Position numbers and translations under genes: made by a program. A stretch of 64,000 nucleotides of DNA, from assembly GCA_944393695.1 (NCBI GenBank), contig CALYAY010000010.1:994-64993 (forward strand), written 5' to 3'. Positions within the stretch are counted from its first letter, which is position 1, and each line of letters opens with the position of its first letter. Shown in pieces: positions 48,470 through 56,500 of this stretch. Below the pieces are notes generated by a model, which saw only the letters and a list, made by a program, of their open reading frames with translations, did no database searches and was not told the origin of the DNA. Source of the stretch: an uncultured Alphaproteobacteria bacterium. GTDB taxonomy: Bacteria; Pseudomonadota; Alphaproteobacteria; RF32; CAG-239.

Positions 48470-49870
48470 CTACCTCTCTTTCAAACTCTCATTCAGATAC
48501 TTCATCACCGGAGAGAGGAGATATTCGATGACGCGGCGTTTGCCGGTTTTGATTTCGGCGGTCACGCTCATACCGGGTTTGAGTTGAATAATCTGCCCGT
48601 CCGCTTTGATTTTGTTATCCAAGAGCGTCAGCCGGGCATTAAACACCAAACCGAGTTTCTCGTCCTGTATCGCATCGCCCGAGATATTGCGGACTTTGCC
48701 TTTGATTGTGCCGTATTTGGTGAACGGGAAGCTGTCGATTTTGATTTCCACATCCTGCTCCGGTCGTACAAAGCCGATATCTTTGTTCAAAATCTGCACT
48801 TCCGCCTCAAGTTTATAATCTTCCGGCACCAGGTTCATAATCGGCTTGGCGGTTTCCACCACGCCGCCTTTGGTGTGATAAACCAGCTGCTGCACATAGC
48901 CAGACAGCGGCGCCTTGACCACCGTCCGCTTTAACGCCTCCTGATATTTAATCAGCTCCTGCTGATAAGATTCCAGCTGTTCGCGGTTTTCGGTCAATTC
49001 CTGCATCAGGTCCTTGTCAAACTCGGCCAAATACTGACGCTTTTGCTTTTTCAGCGATTCAATATTTGCTTCGGTCTCCGCCATTTTCTTGACTTGTACG
49101 TTGCGTTGTTCCTGCAGGTTGGTCAGTTCTTCTTCCTGCTCCAGAAAGGTCAGCCGCGCCAGAAGCTTCTTATCCACCAAAATCCGCTTTTTCTCAATCC
49201 GCTCCTCAACGCTCGGCAGCAGTTTCTCAATCCGGTTCAGCTCGGCCTGAATGGTGTCTTTTTCTTTCTCGGCCTTTACGATTTGCCCATCCAGAACTTC
49301 AATCTGGGCTTTTTTCTCAGTCATCTGGCTTTTAAGCAGATCCTTGTGCATTTTAATCAGATATTCGTCAATCTCCGGATTATAACTGAAGTTCGCTTCC
49401 GGATTATCGGTCAGCAGGGCCTTCAGACGGGCAACGGCAATTTCCAGAGCCTCAATCTCGTTTTCCACCCGGCTGATATTGGCCAGCACTTCGGTCTGAT
49501 TAAATTTAATCAAATCCTGCCCTTCTTTCACATATTGCCCCTCTTGCACGTAGATTTCCTCAATCTCGCTGTCGGTCAGGGTCTGGATGGTCTTGATGTT
49601 TGAAGCCGGCATCAGCTTTCCGGCCGAAGTGGCGATAATATCGATTTTGCCCAGGATTGACCACAAAATCAGCACCGTAAACATCAGCATAATAACGTAG
49701 GTCAGCAGCCGCGCGGCATGAGACGGTGGCATCTCGGTTACTTCCAAGACCGCCGGCAGAAACTCTTTCTCATGCTCGTTCATGCCTTTGATTTTGCAGT
49801 CTTTGGCTGCTTTCTCCTGCAAAAGCGCCAGCTTGGCAATATCCCAATATCTTTTAAGTTGTTCCCACAT
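48470..49870 (-). CDS. hlyD: Type I secretion membrane-fusion protein (HlyD family)
   Basis: N-terminal TM, a long coiled coil, and a C-terminal beta-barrel. 466 aa, immediately downstream of hlyB. Confidence 0.85.
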   Translation of the reverse strand: MWEQLKRYWDIAKLALLQEKAAKDCKIKGMNEHEKEFLPAVLEVTEMPPSHAARLLTYVIMLMFTVLILWSILGKIDIIATSAGKLMPASNIKTIQTLTDSEIEEIYVQEGQYVKEGQDLIKFNQTEVLANISRVENEIEALEIAVARLKALLTDNPEANFSYNPEIDEYLIKMHKDLLKSQMTEKKAQIEVLDGQIVKAEKEKDTIQAELNRIEKLLPSVEERIEKKRILVDKKLLARLTFLEQEEELTNLQEQRNVQVKKMAETEANIESLKKQKRQYLAEFDKDLMQELTENREQLESYQQELIKYQEALKRTVVKAPLSGYVQQLVYHTKGGVVETAKPIMNLVPEDYKLEAEVQILNKDIGFVRPEQDVEIKIDSFPFTKYGTIKGKVRNISGDAIQDEKLGLVFNARLTLLDNKIKADGQIIQLKPGMSVTAEIKTGKRRVIEYLLSPVMKYLNESLKER

Positions 49871-49876
49871 TGTCCG

Positions 49877-52036
49877 TCACTCCGCCGCCACTTCATTCGG
49901 CACAATCGGCGCGGTCTGGCTGTTCCACAGATAAGCGTAACGTCCGCCGCGTTTTAACAATTCGTCATGCGTACCGGTTTCGGTAATCTCACCTTTTTCA
50001 ATGGTAATAATCTGGTCGCAGTCCCGCACGGTCGACAGCCGGTGCGCAATCATAAACACCGTCCGCCCCTTGCAGATGGAGGCCATATTCTGCTGAATAA
50101 TCCGTTCGGATTCATAATCAAGCGCCGAGGTTGCCTCGTCAAAAATCAAAATCCGTGGATTGTTAACCAGTGCCCGCGCAATGGCTATTCTTTGCCGCTG
50201 TCCGCCGGATAAAGAGGCGCCGCGTTCTTCAATAATCGTGTCATATCCGTCCGGCAGTTCGGTAATAAACTCATGCGCACCGGCCAGCTTGGCGGCGGCA
50301 ATAATCCTGTCCATCGAAATTGCCGGATTAGTCAGGGCGATATTTTCGCGCACGCTCTTATTAAATAAGTAATTTTCTTGCAACACCACCCCGATTTGAC
50401 GCCGGAGCCATGCCGTATCGACGGTGGAAATATCAATCCCGTCAATCAGCACCTTGCCGCTTTCGGGAATATACAGCCGCTGGATCAGCTTGGTCACGGT
50501 CGATTTGCCCGAGCCGCTCGGCCCGACAAAACCGATTTTCTGCCCGGCTTTGACTTTGAAGTTCATCTTTTTCAAAATCTCCGGACCGTTCGGCACATAA
50601 CGGAACGTAATGTCCTTAAATTCCACGTCGCCTTTAATCTCCGGCATCGAACCTTTGGACAGGGTTTCGGTATTTTCAGCCGGATTGTTGAGAATATCGG
50701 AAAGCTTTTCAATTGAGATTTTCGCCTGCTGGAAATTCTGCCACAACTGCGCCAGGCGTAAAATCGGCTGCGTTACCCGCCCGGACAACATGTTAAAGGC
50801 AATCAGCTGCCCGACCGACAGCTCGCCCTTCATCACCAAACTGGCTCCGATCCATAACGTCAGCGCCATGGTGATTTTTTGCACCAACTGCACGAGCTGT
50901 CCGGCAATATTGTTGATATGCGATGCTCTGAAAGAAGACCCGACATAAGCCGCCAACTGCTGCTCCCACCGCCGCTGCATCTGCGGTTCAACGGCCAAAG
51001 ACTTAACCGTTTCCACACCCGAGACCGCCTCCACCAGAAAGCATTGGTTCTCCGCTCCGCGCTGAAACCGCTCGTCTATCCGCGCCCGCAAAATCGGCGT
51101 AAAGAACAAAGACAGCAACACATAAAACGGAATGGAGAGCAAAACCAGCAGCGTCAGAGTTTTGGAATAAAAGAACATCACCGTAAAAAAGATAATCGTA
51201 AAAAAGAAGTCAATAATCAGGGTTAAGGTCGAACCGGTCAAAAAGTTGCGGATGCTTTCCAGCTCATGCACCCGCGCCACCGTATCACCGACCCGCCGCA
51301 CGCCGAAATAAGACAGCGGCAGCCGGATAAGGTGCTTGAATAAACTTGCGCCCAACTCTACATCAACGCGGGTGGTGGTGTGCGAGAAGGTATAAGTGCG
51401 CAGCCCGCCGAGCAGAGTTTCAAAAATACCGATGCAGATTAACGCTACCATCAACACGTCAAGGCTCGACAACCCGCGGTTAACCAGCACCTTGTCAATC
51501 ACCACCTGAAACAACAACGGCGATACCAGCGCAAACAACTGTAAAAAGAACGAGGCCAGAATAACCTCGCCGAACAGCCTGCGATATTTAACCACCGCCG
51601 GAATAAACCACGAAATGTCAAACTTGCGGTTTTTGCCGTTGATAAACTCACGGCAGGTCATCATCAAGAGCCTGCCGTTCCATCTGTCCATAAATTCTTC
51701 TTTGCTCAAAACCTCGGGGTGGTTGCCTTTGGCGGGATCTTGAATCAAAACTTTGTCCTCAGCAACTTTGCCGAGAATAAAATAAGCCCCGTCTTTGCTT
51801 TGGGCGATTGCCGGCAGCGCCGTCTTGTCCAGCCGTTCCCACTTGGTCTCGACAAAGCGGGCTTTGAATGAAAATTCTTTGGCCAGCTGCAACAATTCAT
51901 ATTCTTCAAAATGCGAATTCTGCCGGTCATATTTATGCTTGATTTGGTCAATCGACACTGGCTTCTCAAAATAATTGGCCATAATCGCAAAACAGGCTAG
52001 CCCGGTGTCAATGTCTTGAAAAGAAGTATTATCCAT
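49877..52036 (-). CDS. hlyB: Type I secretion ABC transporter (HlyB family), with an N-terminal C39-like domain that lacks the catalytic Cys
   Basis: Strong similarity to E. coli HlyB, from memory ('FDISWFIPAVVKYRRLF', 'FLQLFALVSPLLFQVVIDKVLV', 'SYFGVRRVGDTVARVHELESIRNFLTG'). Walker A 'GPSGSGKST', signature 'LSGGQRQRIAIARAL'. Confidence 0.9.
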   Translation of the reverse strand: MDNTSFQDIDTGLACFAIMANYFEKPVSIDQIKHKYDRQNSHFEEYELLQLAKEFSFKARFVETKWERLDKTALPAIAQSKDGAYFILGKVAEDKVLIQDPAKGNHPEVLSKEEFMDRWNGRLLMMTCREFINGKNRKFDISWFIPAVVKYRRLFGEVILASFFLQLFALVSPLLFQVVIDKVLVNRGLSSLDVLMVALICIGIFETLLGGLRTYTFSHTTTRVDVELGASLFKHLIRLPLSYFGVRRVGDTVARVHELESIRNFLTGSTLTLIIDFFFTIIFFTVMFFYSKTLTLLVLLSIPFYVLLSLFFTPILRARIDERFQRGAENQCFLVEAVSGVETVKSLAVEPQMQRRWEQQLAAYVGSSFRASHINNIAGQLVQLVQKITMALTLWIGASLVMKGELSVGQLIAFNMLSGRVTQPILRLAQLWQNFQQAKISIEKLSDILNNPAENTETLSKGSMPEIKGDVEFKDITFRYVPNGPEILKKMNFKVKAGQKIGFVGPSGSGKSTVTKLIQRLYIPESGKVLIDGIDISTVDTAWLRRQIGVVLQENYLFNKSVRENIALTNPAISMDRIIAAAKLAGAHEFITELPDGYDTIIEERGASLSGGQRQRIAIARALVNNPRILIFDEATSALDYESERIIQQNMASICKGRTVFMIAHRLSTVRDCDQIITIEKGEITETGTHDELLKRGGRYAYLWNSQTAPIVPNEVAAE

Positions 52037-52478
52037 GGTTGCTCACAAGTCAGTTGCAAAGCTTTAATGAAAAATATCATAAAGAGAGAAAAGCAAAAAA
52101 TAAAGCAAAAATTTACACTTATTGATAATTAGTTTCCGGCATAAGAATAATCTGAAGTTCTATCCACAGGATCAAAACAAGTATCACTAACGGTTTAAGG
52201 AGAAAACTAACAAAACATTAATAGAACGATAAAAATAAAAAATAATTTCCTTGCATAATTAAAGTTATAGAGTGAAACTTATTACAAAATTACTCTCAGG
52301 GAGTGCAATATGGCGCATAGAAGAGAATCGTGGAATAACGTTTCCCTCACCGGACTACCATCATCTTGCTTGTTTTTAGATGTTTCTCTTAGTGCGCTCC
52401 GGTTAAAATTTCCTTTTTCTCGATTCTTTTTTCTGGTTTTCACCTTTTGTTATCTGCTTTTAAGTTACGCTTTCCAAA

Positions 52479-53483
52479 GTGCTAGTTTGTGGAGTCTTAA
52501 TAATGACGATATCTAATATTTTATTTTTTCTATTCTTACTTCCATTTCTATTTATTTTCAAGTTAGGTGGAACCTATGGTAGCGATGGTCTAGGACAAGC
52601 TTTTTATTTACTCTACTATTACGCTATTGCAATTTGGGGAATAATACTCCTTATTTTACATAAAAATACAAATAAGAAAATAAAATACAATATTTGGGGA
52701 ATAATATTGTTTTTGTTTATTACGTCCCACTATATTACTCTTTGCCGCCATGGGATTAAAGCTTTAGACTATCTATTCCCTCTTATTTTATGGCCTCCAT
52801 TAACAATTCTTTGGATATTAGTAAGAAAATTAAAATTTCGATATTTTTATTTATTATGTTTTGTGGCAGTTCCGATTTTTTTTAGTATAAAAGATTTTAT
52901 AAAAGAACTACAGTTCTCAATGACCTGCGAACAGCAAACACCACCAATACAGTATAACCCGATATATCTGCCAGAAAAATTTTTTCATATGGCCAATGGA
53001 AAGCTTGAGGCTAATATTATTGAAGTTGACGGAAAATATAATGAGAAAAAAGAGTGGATATCATATTTAGATGAACGGTTATATGAAGATTATCATAATC
53101 AAATTCTTGTATACACAAGTTGTTCTGAAATAAGACACATCAAAAATATTTTAAAAAATATTTCTGTAAATAATGTAGTATTATGTCATGACAGATCCAT
53201 AAAAGAAACTTCTTCCGAAGTCCAACAAATTGTTAATACCATAAACCTTGTTAAAGACGGAAACAAAGAACCAATAGTTACAGACATTAGATTGCGTCTT
53301 GCTGCAAAACCCTTTATAGGCAGCTTTCTGGCCAAAAACGGTAAAAAAAACATAACTTTTTGCACTTATTCAGATTATGATCCTCAAAATAACACTCTGT
53401 GGAGAAAGATCAAAACAGATAAATCATATTCAAAATTTATTAAAATTCAAAAAACAACAAAAAACTTGACAGGAGGCCAGTAG
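52479..53483 (+). CDS. Uncharacterised polytopic membrane protein (about 5 N-terminal TM helices plus a ~190-aa soluble C-terminal domain). AT-rich.
   Basis: ORF immediately upstream of the giant RTX gene. The likely start is at 52503 (MTISNILFF). No family recognised. Confidence 0.4.
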   Translation: MLVCGVLIMTISNILFFLFLLPFLFIFKLGGTYGSDGLGQAFYLLYYYAIAIWGIILLILHKNTNKKIKYNIWGIILFLFITSHYITLCRHGIKALDYLFPLILWPPLTILWILVRKLKFRYFYLLCFVAVPIFFSIKDFIKELQFSMTCEQQTPPIQYNPIYLPEKFFHMANGKLEANIIEVDGKYNEKKEWISYLDERLYEDYHNQILVYTSCSEIRHIKNILKNISVNNVVLCHDRSIKETSSEVQQIVNTINLVKDGNKEPIVTDIRLRLAAKPFIGSFLAKNGKKNITFCTYSDYDPQNNTLWRKIKTDKSYSKFIKIQKTTKNLTGGQ

Positions 53484-53549
53484 CAAACATTTATCCACTA
53501 ATCAGTTCATACCACAATTACAATTTTCATCATTCTAAGGAGATTTAAT

Positions 53550-56500
53550 ATGACTACTTTATCCGATTCTTCAACAATCAACATCAGTGATGAGCATAAA
53601 TATGCAATTTTAAGTAAACTGGCATATGAAAATCTTTCTCCAGGAAATATAAACAGTTTAGATAGTGAATTTTCGGAAGTAGAAAAACAATATTTAGAAG
53701 GATATGAAGTATTAGATAAGATATCTTTAAACAATGGCTTTCAAGCTTATTGGTTAAGAGACAAATCTACAAAAGAAATCATTTATACAATTTCAGGGAC
53801 AGACAGTATCTTGGATGGTGGACACCTTGATTTCGGAGATGATATCTCTATCGGAACCTACGGCATGGCAATAGATCAATTTATCTCGGCCTATAATTAT
53901 TATCAGGAGATGACCCATAACAACGGCGATACAATTTATAAAATAGAGAAAAGTTTAAACGCCCCTGAAGATACTGCATATATAGAATCAGAAGAAGGAA
54001 ATTTAACTGTATACTATTTTTTACAAGAAACAACGAACACAAACAGTGCAGGCAATTCATCTTTTGCAAATGCTACATTAACAGGACACTCTCTTGGAGG
54101 ACATTTGGCGGGTTTGTTGTCTAAATTTACAGGGAATCAAGCATATGTTTATAATGCGCCGGGGTATAGTAATTTTTCTGTTGATGGAGCATTCTTGGAT
54201 TTAAGCTTTGTAACAGCAGATGGCGATTCTTCCTACTATTTATCTTATGTAAATGCATTTGCTTCCTTATTTAATAAAGATTTTGGGGATAATAATGTTA
54301 CACACATTCATACAGCAAATGGTTGGGATTGGGTTGCAGGAATAAATGATGATAAATGGTCTAAAAGTGATATTTATACTTTATATACAGGGCTTGACCC
54401 TCGAGATTACCATAGTATCAATGGAATATGCACGGCCTATTACGCTTATGAAACAATTAAAGATATTGCTAATGGAGCGGAAAGTTTTCACAACGATAGC
54501 ACGATAACTTCATTTAATGAAACATTTGAAAACGTTTACAAAGCCTATTGTCTAAATAAGGGAGAAGCCTATCAAGAGCTTGATTATTCAGAATATGCAA
54601 ATATCAATCAGATTATTTCTGACATTAATGAATGGTCAGAGACACAAAAAGCAAATGGAGGAGTAATTAAAGTCGATTCCTTTAACCATTCTACCTCTCT
54701 ACCAATAACTGGAACTGGCGGTGCAGATATATTCTATACCGGTGGCGGCAATGATACCGTAGATGCCGGAGCTGGAAACGATATTGTATATGGAATAGAC
54801 TTGAATGGAGATAATTCAGCCGCGGCATCCTCTACGAAAACTATAGATCTTGGTGCCGGTAATGACAAATATTATGGTTCAAACGCAAAAGACAACATTA
54901 ATTGTGGTACTGGACGAGATTATGTTGATGCAGGCTCAGGAGAAAACTATATCGATTTAGGTGCAGATAACGATAAAGATACCGTCATTATCAACAACAA
55001 CGCTTCTGGCGTAGATACAATTGTTAATTTTACATCTCAAGATGAAATCAACTGTATCGGAGGTTTTAATATCTCTTCGCTACAACAAATCGGAAATGAT
55101 ATGATAATTTATGGAAACAACGGAAACAAAATCGTATTCAAAGATGCCGTTGAAAAAAATTCAATGCCGATGCTAGTACAAAACAATGACACATTATTAT
55201 ACTGGGAAAATGGAAAATACAACGAAATAAAATATAATCCTTATGCTATGGAAAATCCGACAGAAGAACATATTTGTGCATTATTGAGTAAATTGGCATA
55301 CGAAGATTTAACAGTTGGATTTAATTTTGATAACCTGAGTAAAGACAGATTCGCTCCGGCTGAAATAGCCTATATAAAAGAGAATTTTGATGTTATAAAT
55401 GTCAAAAATGATATAGAAACAGGATTTTTCGGATGTTTTTTGAAAAATAAAAAAACAGGAAAAATTTATAATGCCATAAGAGGAATAGATAGTAATTCTC
55501 TTGATGAGAAAGATATCATTGCGGATAACGAAATCAGAAACAAAGGTATGGCAATTGAACAGTTTATTGCTGCTTATAATTATTACATTGAAGTTATGAC
55601 ACCTAGCGGAAGTGTGTCCAACAAAATTGTGTATAGTTCGCAAAAGCCGGAAGGTGAAACAAACTGTGTCGAAGATAAAACAGCAGGAAGATACTATTAT
55701 CTCAGACCTTGGAGCGGAACGTCTACTCTAGGCAATAATACCGAAATTATCATTACAGGGCATTCACTTGGCGGACATTTAGCAGGTTTAGTTGCAAAAT
55801 GTGTTGATAATCAAGCAATTGTTTTTAATGCCCCTGCCTATGGAGCTGTTAAACAACAAAGTAAAATAAATTATATTGCAGATAACGGTTATGTCTATCA
55901 AAATATAAATAGTCACTATCTAGCAATTATAACAAGAATGCTTGAAGGCATCAGTTCAAATTCCAATATACATGCTATATATAGTAATGACTATTCAGAA
56001 TTTGCAGATAATATATATAGTTTATGGTCGATAGAGAAAAGTCTTAATACCATTGCTTCCCAATCAAATCCATTATCTCAAAGCAGTATAAATGCAATAA
56101 GTGACACGTATTATATTTATAACACGATAAAAGGAATAATAAGTGGTCCAGATATTTTTAACAATAAAGAAAATATAACCATTGAAACAGCTTTTGACAA
56201 CGTTTATCAAGCATATTTACTAGCTCATGAAAAAGAAAATATTACAATACCTTACGAAAATTCATCTCAAATTAAGGAGTTTGCAGATGAAATTGCAATA
56301 TGGCGTCAAAAATACTCGGAATATAATATATTAATAGATATAAAGAATCAAGATTCAACAAAATCAGCTTCAATAAGAGCAGAAGATGGAAATAATTTGA
56401 TATTTATTAAGAATGGGAAAAATAGTGTTACCTTAGGAACAGGAAATGATATCGTGTATGCAACCAATATTGATAAAGAAATTGGTACACAAGAAACCGT

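Noticed and set aside
52310-52516. 68-aa ORF in the hlyB / membrane-protein divergent promoter region
   Set aside because: No RBS. It overlaps the start of the downstream membrane-protein gene and lies in AT-rich promoter DNA. Probably not coding.
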